From: a virus
Taxonomy: Duplodnaviria; Caudoviricetes
Length of the DNA: 51,753 bases
Direction: 5' to 3' (one strand)
Virus record (IMG/VR): IMGVR_UViG_3300009095_000018
Coordinates: 1 to 51,753 of that record
Shown here piece after piece: positions 1 to 9,046 of the stretch (positions are counted from its first letter, which is position 1; each line of letters starts with the position of its first letter). Under the pieces are notes generated by a model. It was not told where the DNA came from, did no database searches, and saw only the letters and a list, made by a program, of their open reading frames with translations. The translations under genes were made by a program, and so were the position numbers.

Positions 1-72
1 ATGCAGACGGGGGGTACTTTTTGCGAGACCCCCTCCCCCTCCTTCAATGGAGAGGTGGGAATCCCACAATGA

Positions 73-153
73 CTCGGGATCAACCTGAGCTGCCCAAGAG
101 TCTCGCCGTGATCCTTTTGACCACTAGAAACGAGAACCCAAGTTGATCCCGAG
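73..153. repeat. 12-bp inverted repeat near genome end (CTCGGGATCAAC 73-84 / GTTGATCCCGAG 142-153)
   Basis: Exact reverse-complement match read from the sequence; lies downstream of the last gene. Confidence 0.6.
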
Positions 154-168
154 CCAGTCTGTGATGAG

Positions 169-432
169 TTACGAGTGGTCCGCGAACGGAACCCAGTTCT
201 CGGTAACTCGGATGTGAAGGCCTGACACGTTCTCCGTTACGATCTCGAGGATCGCATCTTCGATTGCCTGAGACTGAACAGCATCAGGAAGTTCGTCAGA
301 CGTTCGAGTCACTCTTGCCAACAAGGCAAGGGAATGATGGCCCTGTTCCATGTCGTACTGGAGCCAGTCATCCCAATGAGTGAAGGGGTTGTATGGATTG
401 TCGATGGTGGTGAGCATGTGGTTCTCGTTCAC
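169..432 (-). CDS. hypothetical protein (87 aa), translationally coupled to the RNAP-like gene
   Basis: 4-nt start/stop overlap with 429..3221; natural composition (LTTIDNPYNPF..WDDW). Confidence 0.8.
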   Translation of the reverse strand: MNENHMLTTIDNPYNPFTHWDDWLQYDMEQGHHSLALLARVTRTSDELPDAVQSQAIEDAILEIVTENVSGLHIRVTENWVPFADHS

Positions 433-3221
433 GCTTCACCTCCACTGATACCAGCGTTGAGCGTGGACACCGAGATGCCGAGCTGGTCGGCTACCTCAGC
501 AAGGGTGTACTTGTCACCACGAAGGAGGGTCATAGCTCGGTTCCTCATGGTGGCGTCCATTACCGGTCTGTCTCGAGGAGTTGCCAGTTCCTTGATCTTG
601 TCGAGATCGGTGTCCTCGAGAATCTGCTTCAAGACGTTCTTGCTGACGGCACCAGCCTGGATCGCTTCCCATTCACGGGGCTCGATCTTGATCTGCCGGT
701 CCTGGCGCTTCTGAACGCCCATCCTGAGACGAGCTTCTTCAAGCGCCTTCGACTTGAGCTTCTTCTTTTCGGCTTCCTCCATCTCAGGATGGGACTCAAG
801 CTTGCGCTTGTAGATGGCGTTGGCGATGACCTGGGCCTGACGCTCACGGGGTGCGTTCATCAGAGCCAGGTTCAACTTGTCCTTGAGCATCTGAACTTCT
901 GCGGCGTACACCTTTGCAGCGGAAGGGGATCGCTCGATGCCCTTGGTACGAACCAGCTCCTTACGCGCATCATTGGCGAGAGCCTTAAGCCTGTTGGAGT
1001 GATCGGCGTAGATCACCTCTACAGGGGTGCGCTTCTCAGAGACGAGGGTGTGTGCATCGTCCGTCTCAGCAAGCTTGGTCGACTTGGTCTTCTTCGGCTT
1101 GCCGGGTACGTACTCAGCACCGGTGTTCACCCATACGAGCTTGCCCGTTTCAGGGTCGATCGGGCCACCATCCTTGGCGGACCGAAGCTTCCTGTCCAGA
1201 ACGTGAGTCTGTGAGGTCGCTCGTGAGATGATCGTGGAAGCACCGCCATCAGGCTTACCCTCAGGCCTGGGCTGATACTTCTTCACTAGGGCATGAATGC
1301 CGTTCTGCTCATAGGACAACTTGTAGTTGAGCTTGTGCTTCTCGGCATCGATGACGACCATGGAGTGTCGGACCGCACGAGCAAGCTCGCTGTCGGGTGC
1401 ACCCTGAATCGTCATGTCGGTGATGAGGTTGGAGATCTTCCCCATCTCGAGACCCTTGTTCTTCGGGTCCGGCTTCGTCCCTTCGGGGAACTCGACCTTC
1501 TTGGTCTTGGCATTGTAGATGCCTCGATCCATGGTCTTCATACCATCGTAAGGGGGGTACGCAGACTGAGGGTCGAAACCCTTGAGCCCCTCAAGAGGCG
1601 GCTTGGACTTGACCTTTCCGTGGTTGTTCGGAATGACAAGCACCGTGTCGCCGTCGAAGTCGGCACCCGACAGGCGCTCTGCCACAGAATGGTGGATTCC
1701 CACTGCGTCAGGTGCGTTGCCGAGGAGCTTCTTCGCCTGAGGGTGGCGATTGTTCACCACGAGTTCGGGGATCTCGAAGAGACCACCGTGCGGGAACCGA
1801 ACAAGCGCTACGCGGTCACCATTGTCGAGGGTGGGTGCGTAGATCTCGCGCGGACTCATGGAGTTGACAGGCAGGATCACCTTGGTGGCCTGTCGAGGAA
1901 GGTGTGCTGCCTTGAGGTGAACGGCCGAGGAGTCTGCTGAATCGGCGAACTTCTCCAGAAGATGAGCTCTCACGGTCTCGTTGGTGAGACTCATGATGGT
2001 GTCGAACTCGCTCTTCTTCGACTCGTAAGTGATGTCGAGCTGTTCTTTGGCGAGCTTCGGCTTCTGCTTGGACAGCATCTGGGAGGACAGGCTCTTCGAC
2101 CAGTCGTCCCAGTTACCTTCCTTGTTGACGATGTTCATCGCCGACTCGACGATCTTGTTCCCGTCCTTGTCACGGGCATCCGTACCGTCAGGGTTCTTGC
2201 GGTAGATCTGGTCATCGATGACGGCTCCGAACGGGTCGTCCTCCATCACCTTGCCAGTGTTCTTGTCCCGCTTCATCTCCTTCATGGCGTCGAGCTTGTT
2301 GCCCGTGTTCTTCTTGTTGGTGTTGAACACGAGGTCCACGCCAGGCGGCATGTCGTCGTTGTACATCGCCATACCCTTGAGGTAGTGCGTGCCATCGACG
2401 GCGATGCGAACCTGCGCATAGTTCGACTTACCGAGGGAGACGTCGGGGACACCACGCCGCACGTAGATGACACCATCAGCATCGGTGCCACCTTCTTCGG
2501 CGTACCGGACCTTGACCCTCTTGGAGTCGATGGAAAGCGGCGGGCGAACACCATCGTAAGTGCGTCCACCATCCTTCGACTTGACGGTGATCTGCTGGAT
2601 CTGGTCGCGGTTGTCGTTGACCTCTTTCCAGGGAATACCAGGAGCGGCCAACACCTTCAAGGTGGTGAACTTGCCCGTACCGAGCTGTTCCACCTTGATG
2701 TAGTACATCTTGTAGCCCTCGTCTTCGAGGAGCTTCCGAGCGGCCCTGAGCTTCTCCTTGCTCACGTTCAGATGCAACTCGACACCTGCGCCGACATCGA
2801 TGTACTTCTTCTTGGCGATCTGGTCGCGGAGCATATCCGCAGTCGACTCGAGGATGCTGTTCTCCTCGGCCGCGCCGGGCTTGACGAGTGTCCGGAACGT
2901 GGATTCCGGAATACCCATCTTCTTGGCGGCAGCGACGTTGGAGAGGCCTCGCTCCTTAAGCTGGTTGGCTCGAGCGATGTCCGCAGCCTTTCGAGCCCGC
3001 TTGGCCATGGTGGTCGTGTCCCGAAGCTGGGTCGTGGTCATGCCGAAACCCTCGGCAATATCCTTGTCCTTCAACCCCTGCTTGCGGAGATCGGAAACCA
3101 TGGTCTGGAACGTACCAGCGCGCTCGTGCGGGGTCTCACCGGAACCCCAGGGGTAGCGTCCCGACTTACGCAGGATGCCGTAGTGAACGAGAGCATCACG
3201 CTCTTCTGCGTCGATGTTCAA
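429..3221 (-). CDS. putative single-subunit double-psi-beta-barrel RNA polymerase (YonO/cellular RdRP-like) with N- and C-terminal HTH motifs
   Basis: LSGADFDGD catalytic loop (DFDGD at 1647-1661); upstream ALVRFPH; DG..QVR..LKGM block; HSMVVIDAEK; HTH-like GLSNVAAAKKMGIPESTFR and YTLAEVADQLGISVSTL. Confidence 0.8.
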   Translation of the reverse strand: MNIDAEERDALVHYGILRKSGRYPWGSGETPHERAGTFQTMVSDLRKQGLKDKDIAEGFGMTTTQLRDTTTMAKRARKAADIARANQLKERGLSNVAAAKKMGIPESTFRTLVKPGAAEENSILESTADMLRDQIAKKKYIDVGAGVELHLNVSKEKLRAARKLLEDEGYKMYYIKVEQLGTGKFTTLKVLAAPGIPWKEVNDNRDQIQQITVKSKDGGRTYDGVRPPLSIDSKRVKVRYAEEGGTDADGVIYVRRGVPDVSLGKSNYAQVRIAVDGTHYLKGMAMYNDDMPPGVDLVFNTNKKNTGNKLDAMKEMKRDKNTGKVMEDDPFGAVIDDQIYRKNPDGTDARDKDGNKIVESAMNIVNKEGNWDDWSKSLSSQMLSKQKPKLAKEQLDITYESKKSEFDTIMSLTNETVRAHLLEKFADSADSSAVHLKAAHLPRQATKVILPVNSMSPREIYAPTLDNGDRVALVRFPHGGLFEIPELVVNNRHPQAKKLLGNAPDAVGIHHSVAERLSGADFDGDTVLVIPNNHGKVKSKPPLEGLKGFDPQSAYPPYDGMKTMDRGIYNAKTKKVEFPEGTKPDPKNKGLEMGKISNLITDMTIQGAPDSELARAVRHSMVVIDAEKHKLNYKLSYEQNGIHALVKKYQPRPEGKPDGGASTIISRATSQTHVLDRKLRSAKDGGPIDPETGKLVWVNTGAEYVPGKPKKTKSTKLAETDDAHTLVSEKRTPVEVIYADHSNRLKALANDARKELVRTKGIERSPSAAKVYAAEVQMLKDKLNLALMNAPRERQAQVIANAIYKRKLESHPEMEEAEKKKLKSKALEEARLRMGVQKRQDRQIKIEPREWEAIQAGAVSKNVLKQILEDTDLDKIKELATPRDRPVMDATMRNRAMTLLRGDKYTLAEVADQLGISVSTLNAGISGGEA

Positions 3222-3805
3222 CGCAACCCTCCCATCCGGTACTGTTCGATGATCTCGTTGTCATGGCGGATCTTGTCGTAGATGTTCGCCAAATATGAAC
3301 GATCGATCTCGGCGACTTGATAGCCCTCAGCCTGGTAGATGCGGAGCTCGCCAGTGATGTCGAACGGCCTGAAGTCATACTCGAGGCAGAATATGCCAGC
3401 GTAGACGTAGAGCTGGTCGAATGACGCCTTCGACGTTCCGGTCTTGAGATCATGAATCCGAAGGAACATGGTCGCAAGATCGAAGCCGATCGCATCTGCG
3501 GTCCCGAAGCAGTTGAAGGAGTAGAACAGTTCCTTCTCGGGCTCCAGGCCATATTTGATGGCGTCGTTGATGTAGTGACAGAGGTAGTCACCGTCTTCGG
3601 GCTGAACACGCTCGAAGTAGATGGCTTCCGCAGCCCAGGCGTGGAGCCTGGTACCCCTCTCAGTGGCCCTGGCGTTCTCCAGACGGGCGATCAGCTTCTC
3701 CGGGTCGTCCCGGAGCCAGTGATACTTTGAGGGGCTCAGGAAGGCGTGTGTGCCTTCGATCTTCGGATGGGAGTTAAACCTGAAACTCTGCTCTGAGAGC
3801 ATCAA
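3218..3805 (-). CDS. PD-(D/E)XK / Cas4-like exonuclease-family protein
   Basis: HAFLSPS, GTRLH, E..L, GTADAI, IHDLKTG, QL.VYA motifs. Confidence 0.7.
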   Translation of the reverse strand: MMLSEQSFRFNSHPKIEGTHAFLSPSKYHWLRDDPEKLIARLENARATERGTRLHAWAAEAIYFERVQPEDGDYLCHYINDAIKYGLEPEKELFYSFNCFGTADAIGFDLATMFLRIHDLKTGTSKASFDQLYVYAGIFCLEYDFRPFDITGELRIYQAEGYQVAEIDRSYLANIYDKIRHDNEIIEQYRMGGLR

Positions 3806-4064
3806 GCACTTCCTGTTCGTTCTCGGGATGGATGAAGGCCGCGAAGGACATCGAGTTCAATAGGTCTACGTAATATGGTTGGTTGACTTGAACTTTGGCC
3901 TTCGCATTGGCCTTGACTTCGAGCATGGCCCACCGGCCTCCGTAAAGGATCAGGAGGTCCGGTACGCCTTGCAAGTAGCCTGGGTCGTTTTTCAGGATGA
4001 AGCATCCGGGGAGCATTCGCTCGAGCTTCTTAATAAGAGAACTTTGATAGTCTCGCTCCGCCAT
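3774..4064 (-). CDS. VRR-NUC-like endonuclease / resolvase
   Basis: ERDYQ..., GVPDLLIL, LEVK, Q motifs typical of VRR-NUC. Confidence 0.75.
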   Translation of the reverse strand: MAERDYQSSLIKKLERMLPGCFILKNDPGYLQGVPDLLILYGGRWAMLEVKANAKAKVQVNQPYYVDLLNSMSFAAFIHPENEQEVLDALRAEFQV

Positions 4065-4105
4065 GCCTCACTCCTTTCACATAAATATACCGCAGGCTTA
4101 TTCCA

Positions 4106-4138
4106 TCCCTTCTATTAAAGCACATGTAATGATCACGG
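4106..4138 (-). promoter_or_regulatory. degenerate copy of the phage promoter-like motif upstream of the nuclease-RNAP operon
   Basis: Minus strand CCGTGATCATTACATGTGCTTTAATAGAAGGGA keeps the ATTACATG-N3-TxTAAT spacing of the 9-copy motif. Confidence 0.45.
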
Positions 4139-4146
4139 ATTGGTAT

Positions 4147-4656
4147 CTACCCTTCGTAAAATCGGAAGTGTTGATTGATCGGCCACACATAGCAACGTGT
4201 CATCACAGACATAGCTATCTCTCGGTCAAGAAGGCCGAGTCGGGTTGTCGCATCCCAGGAGCTCTCGAATATCTCCCCCGTTTCGACGATCTCGAGCGGA
4301 CGGCTGAACGACGGACCGCTCTGCTGGAATTGTTGAACATATTTGACGGCGAACCACCTAGGTCGCCAGAGGATGTTGGACACGTGCGCATTATTCCTGT
4401 CTCCATCAAGATGGATTGGTGTATCGAACCTCTCGTGCGGACGAGGGATGAATGCCTCGGCGACAAGAACCGAAACCGACCTCTTATACTGAACCACCAA
4501 CCCTTCACTACCCCGCCTGCATATCCCGACATACACTATCCCTCGACCATTGGTCTGCTTGGCCATGAGTCTGCCCGTAGCGTCGTTACGGACCGAACCG
4601 GCATTGCTCACGGAGTAACCCGGAAACTCAGCGATCTCTCGCCACTCTTCATACAT
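4147..4656 (-). CDS. NUMOD4-HNH endonuclease (homing-endonuclease-like)
   Basis: EEWREIAEFPGYSVSNAGSVR (NUMOD4); LVAEAFI..HLDGDRNNAHVSNILW (HNH-like). Confidence 0.8.
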   Translation of the reverse strand: MYEEWREIAEFPGYSVSNAGSVRNDATGRLMAKQTNGRGIVYVGICRRGSEGLVVQYKRSVSVLVAEAFIPRPHERFDTPIHLDGDRNNAHVSNILWRPRWFAVKYVQQFQQSGPSFSRPLEIVETGEIFESSWDATTRLGLLDREIAMSVMTRCYVWPINQHFRFYEG

Positions 4657-4739
4657 GGGTCCCCACCCTGATCACATTACTGGATAAAATATCTTGCTTA
4701 CGACCCAACTCGGACATGTTGGGACGAGTTCTCGGCGTA

Positions 4740-5092
4740 TGTCACTTTCCACTTTTGCAGAGAAAGTTTTTTATTTTTTGCAGACTTGGTATCTACTCTT
4801 TTTTCTCACGCATTATTTAAAAAAAAAGTGGAAAAGTGACAAGGTTGACACGGCGAAACGCTCTGACCAGCAACGATTCGAGAACGAAACGGACATATTG
4901 GGGTGTCACTTTTGAAATAAAAGTGGCTTCCAAAACCACAAAAGTGGCAGAGAAGCCCGAGCGAGTCGAGCGCCAGTGTCCGATTAGTGTGGTAATTCAC
5001 ACGTCTGGCCGTAAGCGCCCGACTCACCCGGATAGCCCCTTTCACTCGAGCCCCGAAGCCCTCTGATGTCAAAAGTGACATCAAAAGTGACA
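4740..5092. repeat. AT-rich non-coding region with AAAAGTG(A/G)C direct and inverted repeats; candidate replication origin
   Basis: TGTCACTTTCCACTTTT 4740-4756 vs AAAAGTGGAAAAGTGACA 4824-4841 (near-perfect inverted repeat around A/T runs); further copies at 4904, 4919, 4940, 5071, 5083. Confidence 0.6.
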
Positions 5093-5100
5093 TGAGGATT

Positions 5101-6285
5101 TCAGGCCGCAGCCTTGAATTTTCGAGCGAATTTGACCTCGTTAAAGCTACGTTTCTTCACCAAAGATCCCATAACACCACCATCGATAGCAGCTTCGGAC
5201 ATAAGCACGTAGTAGTGCAGAAGCTCGAATTTGGTGTTAAGACGGTCAATCCGACCGTGGGCTTGGTACCAGGACTTGTACGAATATGTCAGCGAGTAGA
5301 AGAGCATCGCATCCGTCGACGTACAGTTCCAGCCTTCCGATCCAGCGGTGTACTGGACCAGATATAGCCACCGATCTCCATCTGGGATGTCCTCGTGCTT
5401 GTGCCCGTTCCACTCCGCCATGGGCACTTCCCCAGCCAGCGTTCGGAGCATCTCCAACTCGTAGTCGAAGTTGTAGAACACAATCAGCTTGGGGTGCAGC
5501 TTCATCCGCTCCTTCACCGCATGGAGGCGGGAGGGGTGAGAATATACGATGCGCCGCATGAGGTAGAAGAACTCGGCGAGGCTGCGGATAGGCCTCTCTT
5601 CGTACGGATTCCAGCGCTCCTTGGTGATGACCTTAAGGGCGTCCAGGTCGTACTCAACCCTCACGTTGTGTGTGATTCGGGTGGTGTGACGTTCGAACGG
5701 CATGTGAACGAGAATCTCATTTCGGAGCCTCTCGAGCTTCCCCTCCCCATGGAACCGTTCGATCTTGGGGAACTTGGTAAAGCTGTTGAACTCGACGTGG
5801 TTCTGGATGAACTCCGTACGATTCTTGTAGAAACCGTTGGCAATGAAGACCGGAATATAGTCCATCCAAGTGTCGCCTGGAGTGGCACTCAGGAGTATCC
5901 AGGTGTTCTTCTTCTCCGGCTTGGTCATGTGGATGAACGCTTTAGACCAGGCACCAGAACCTACCAAGCGCTGCTCGTCCATGATCAGAAATGCACCACG
6001 GACGCTCTTATACTTGGCAATGTTGTTGTACGAGTCCACCTTAAGGCGGCCTGTAAGCGGCCCTGCGACGTCCCCGACACCGAAACGGATGAACTCCTTC
6101 TCCCAATCCAGGGAGTCGCGTTTCTTTGCCGTAGTGAAAACGTAGACGTCCTTCGGCGCTTCCTTCTCGATGTAGTACGCGGCTGCTGTCAGAGACTTGC
6201 CGGTACCCATATCCCCCCACAGGATCTTACCGCTCGACAACATGTCGACAGCTTTTCTTTGATGAGGATATAGGGTAACGGACAT
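5101..6285 (-). CDS. SF2 (SNF2-like) DNA helicase
   Basis: LYPHQ, MGTGKS Walker A, IMDE motif II, LSATP motif III, GSEGWN, QAHGRIDR motif VI. Confidence 0.85.
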   Translation of the reverse strand: MSVTLYPHQRKAVDMLSSGKILWGDMGTGKSLTAAAYYIEKEAPKDVYVFTTAKKRDSLDWEKEFIRFGVGDVAGPLTGRLKVDSYNNIAKYKSVRGAFLIMDEQRLVGSGAWSKAFIHMTKPEKKNTWILLSATPGDTWMDYIPVFIANGFYKNRTEFIQNHVEFNSFTKFPKIERFHGEGKLERLRNEILVHMPFERHTTRITHNVRVEYDLDALKVITKERWNPYEERPIRSLAEFFYLMRRIVYSHPSRLHAVKERMKLHPKLIVFYNFDYELEMLRTLAGEVPMAEWNGHKHEDIPDGDRWLYLVQYTAGSEGWNCTSTDAMLFYSLTYSYKSWYQAHGRIDRLNTKFELLHYYVLMSEAAIDGGVMGSLVKKRSFNEVKFARKFKAAA

Positions 6286-6291
6286 TGTAAC

Positions 6292-6801
6292 TTACTCCTC
6301 GTTGATATCCCACAAGGGCTTGACGACGGACGTGCTGTCGGCGTGGTTTGAAGCAGCGTTCACGGACTCGTCAGTCTGCTCCGGGGTGGTACCGGTGACG
6401 GTTATGGATATGGCCTCATCCACCGGCTCAGGGTCGCTCAAGGCCTCATTGCTCTCCTGGATCTCCTTGCCGATCCAGAGGGGTATGGTCCGCTCCGACA
6501 TGGGCTCCGCAAAACGTCTTTCGAAGCCCTCATCGGCCTTCTGACGGCCTGCCCTCAGGCCTTGGTGATAGACTCTCAACCGCCGCTGGATGGTCTCCGC
6601 ACGGGACGGCAGAGGCCACTTCGGGGAGATATAGAGGTCGTCTTCCACCACCGGGTCGGCGATGAACTGGGCCACGGAGCGCTTGGGGAGCGGAGTCTTC
6701 ACCGTAACCAGGAATGGCTTCTCCATGGTCTCCAGAATATGCCTCTGCTTTTCCTTACCATATTCCGCGAGGAGTTGGTCGAAGATCGGGGTGCTGCTCA
6801 T
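6292..6801 (-). CDS. hypothetical protein (169 aa)
   Basis: AAGGAG RBS upstream; fits operon. Confidence 0.7.
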   Translation of the reverse strand: MSSTPIFDQLLAEYGKEKQRHILETMEKPFLVTVKTPLPKRSVAQFIADPVVEDDLYISPKWPLPSRAETIQRRLRVYHQGLRAGRQKADEGFERRFAEPMSERTIPLWIGKEIQESNEALSDPEPVDEAISITVTGTTPEQTDESVNAASNHADSTSVVKPLWDINEE

Positions 6802-6914
6802 GGGTTAATCTCCTTGATGTGTGACTGATGTTGCTAGCGAAAAATACATCCCATGCAAGGCAAGGGCAGAGGCCCGAAGACCCCTACCCCTGCCTCACGC
6901 TCCTTCCCCGACCC

Positions 6915-7173
6915 CTAGAAGACCGGGTGAATATCAGCTTGTTGGCGCATGAAGTGCTGGAGAATATCCCAGCGGGTCTTACCGATGGTCCATCTGGCGA
7001 TCGGGGGAGCTTCGACGACAACGCCGTCTTCGATCACCAGTAGGATCGTGTACTTCGGCAACCTCCCTGGTCGTTCGGCGGTGCTCGCCCAGCATCTCAC
7101 GGATGATCTTGAGCTTGTACTTCATCTCGCCGTCCTGGTACTTCACGAACACCTCGCTGGAGCTGTTGATCAT
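6915..7173 (-). pseudogene. overlapping fragments (6979..7173 and 6915..~7070), possibly one frameshifted gene
   Basis: The natural-looking reading switches frame near 7070 (MINSSSEVFVK... then LPKYTILLVIEDG...). Confidence 0.35.
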
Positions 7174-7186
7174 CGCTGTGTTCCCT

Positions 7187-7439
7187 TCAGGAGTTCCACG
7201 GCCGCTTGGGCAGCGGAGGGATGTCGGTGAGCGTCTCGCTCAGGAGGTCCATGGTCTGCAGGTACTCGTCGACCGACATGATCCGAGTGACCTGCCCACG
7301 GAAGACCGTGACGAGGTCCTGGTAGTCCGGGGGATATTACCGCACCATGTCGGCCACCTCCTCCGGCGAACCCTTGAATATCGGGTTCATGTCGGCGTCC
7401 AGGATGACGTCCTCGTCGCGTCGGGTCTTCGTACACCAT
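7187..7439 (-). pseudogene. disrupted paralog of the 7696..7995 gene (frameshift plus in-frame TAA)
   Basis: Frame ending at TGA 7187-7189 reads DVILDADMNPIFKGSPEEV...R*YPPDY...IMSVDEYL; TAA at 7337-7339; the ATG at 7439 is one base out of frame. Confidence 0.6.
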
Positions 7440-7696
7440 CAGAGTGCACCCGTGACGACCAGCAGGAGGCAGGTGGCGACCTTCTCGGAAATCTCGTCGA
7501 CGCTGGACGTGCTGTCCTGGTACTCTTCGAGGCCGCATTTCACCAGCGTGCGGAACTCCTCGTAGAGGGTGACGTCGTCGGTCAGGAGAGCTCGGAGGTT
7601 CTCGATCTGCTCCATGGTGACGTGTGGAAGTCCGGCCTCGCGCTTGCGAAGACCCTCAGGGCTCAGGATAGATCCCAGCTTCATCGGTCGTTCCAT
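7439..7696 (-). CDS. hypothetical protein (85 aa, MERPMKLG...)
   Basis: TGATG coupling with the upstream gene; GC3-rich codons. Confidence 0.65.
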   Translation of the reverse strand: MERPMKLGSILSPEGLRKREAGLPHVTMEQIENLRALLTDDVTLYEEFRTLVKCGLEEYQDSTSSVDEISEKVATCLLLVVTGAL

Positions 7697-7995
7697 CAGT
7701 CTTCCTTTCCGAGGTCCAGGATCTTGCGGGTAGTTCGCTCGATATAAGCCTCGAGCCTGGCGGGGTCTCGCTGGTAAATCGCGAGGTCCTTCTTCCGAAG
7801 GAGTTCCTTCACCATCCCGACGGCCGTCTCCCACTTCTCCTGGTACAGGTACTCAGAAATGGTGATGACCTGCTTGGCCTCGCCGACCAGGACGAACTTC
7901 CACGGCTCAGGATATGGCGCCCGGAGCCTGCGTCGCACCTCGCCCGGCTCCCCCGGGAATACGGGGCGCATGAACTCGTTCAGTACGGTGTCCAC
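7696..7995 (-). CDS. hypothetical protein (~99 aa from GTG; alternative ATG at 8088)
   Basis: GGGGAGAG RBS before GTG 7995; coupled to the next gene. Confidence 0.65.
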   Translation of the reverse strand: MDTVLNEFMRPVFPGEPGEVRRRLRAPYPEPWKFVLVGEAKQVITISEYLYQEKWETAVGMVKELLRKKDLAIYQRDPARLEAYIERTTRKILDLGKED

Positions 7996-8157
7996 TACGA
8001 TTCTCTCCCCTCTAGAGGTCTCCTCCGGGAATATGCCATCGGAGAAGCCCCAGAATCTGCCTCGTGGAACCCGTCTAGACGCTGACATAGTTCGGCTCCG
8101 GATATGAAAGTATGTGGATGGGCGGCTTTTAGCGTCTTCCGCCCACAGGACTGGTGC

Positions 8158-8637
8158 TCAGACGAACAGCTTGAGGATCTCCTCGGTGATGGCCTCGGCC
8201 GTCCCCTCGGTCTCCCCCGAGCCCATGCTGTAGTACGTCGCCAGGTCCTGCTCAAGCATCGCCCGCTTCACGAGCTGCAGCACGTGATGGTTCCGGGCAG
8301 CGATCTCGGGCTCCGTCATGGCCTCCCGGTGGACCTTCTCCTCGCGGGTCTCGAACGTGGCCCTGTAGGCCTTGGTCTTGTAGACCATGAACGAGGAGTC
8401 CTTCGGCGCGAAGACGATCCAGTCGCCGATGTACGCCCGGTCGACGTTCGTCACGCCCTTGAAGCCGTGGACGATGAGTTCTATTCGCCGACCCATGACG
8501 CCGAGTTCGCTCGTGTGGTACATGCGGATATCGCCGCCACACCACGACGCGACGGCCTCGATGTTCTCGTCGGTCACCTGGACAGCGCGTGCCGACCATG
8601 TCTTGCGGAAGACCTCGACGGTCTCGATCTCGCTCAT
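8158..8637 (-). CDS. hypothetical protein (159 aa)
   Basis: AVQVT..N...VASWCGG and GDWIV...F..Y....F..T pattern seen in phage proteins; GC3-rich. Confidence 0.75.
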   Translation of the reverse strand: MSEIETVEVFRKTWSARAVQVTDENIEAVASWCGGDIRMYHTSELGVMGRRIELIVHGFKGVTNVDRAYIGDWIVFAPKDSSFMVYKTKAYRATFETREEKVHREAMTEPEIAARNHHVLQLVKRAMLEQDLATYYSMGSGETEGTAEAITEEILKLFV

Positions 8638-8647
8638 CTGCGCCCCC

Positions 8648-8884
8648 TTAGCAGAGTTCCAGCAATATGAAGAGTCGCTCCTCCTCGGTCAGTGCTGCGT
8701 CGAACTCCAGCAGTTCCCTCGGGGTGAGCGGGTTGTTCGAGTCGCTGTCGAAGAACTCGAACATCGACCAGTAGATCCCGGATGCGTCCTCATCGAACGC
8801 TCGATAGAGGCTCTCGTCGACCTCCTTGAGGAAATCCCCCAAGGGCGGGAACTCTACCGCTCCCCCGTGCTCTTTTTTGCCCAT
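8648..8884 (-). CDS. hypothetical acidic protein (78 aa)
   Basis: ORF fits operon. Confidence 0.6.
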   Translation of the reverse strand: MGKKEHGGAVEFPPLGDFLKEVDESLYRAFDEDASGIYWSMFEFFDSDSNNPLTPRELLEFDAALTEEERLFILLELC

Positions 8885-9045
8885 GTTGCTCCGGTCCTTT
8901 CCGCACGAGCACGCCGGTATCTACGGCGCTCGGTGTAGAGGCGGATCTCGTCGATGAGCTTCCAGACGCCGAGAACGGCGAACGCGGCCCCGATGATGAC
9001 GAAATACGTCCAGAGCCAGTTGAAGTTGGATATGAAGGTCTCCAT
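8854..9045 (-). CDS. small membrane protein (63 aa)
   Basis: Single hydrophobic helix WLWTYFVIIGAAFAVLGVW followed by a basic tail. Confidence 0.65.
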   Translation of the reverse strand: METFISNFNWLWTYFVIIGAAFAVLGVWKLIDEIRLYTERRRYRRARAERTGATWAKKSTGER

Positions 9046-9046
9046 G

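Noticed and set aside
7337-7339. In-frame TAA as evidence of stop-codon reassignment
   Set aside because: Single case accompanied by a frameshift; TAA, TAG and TGA all terminate genes normally elsewhere
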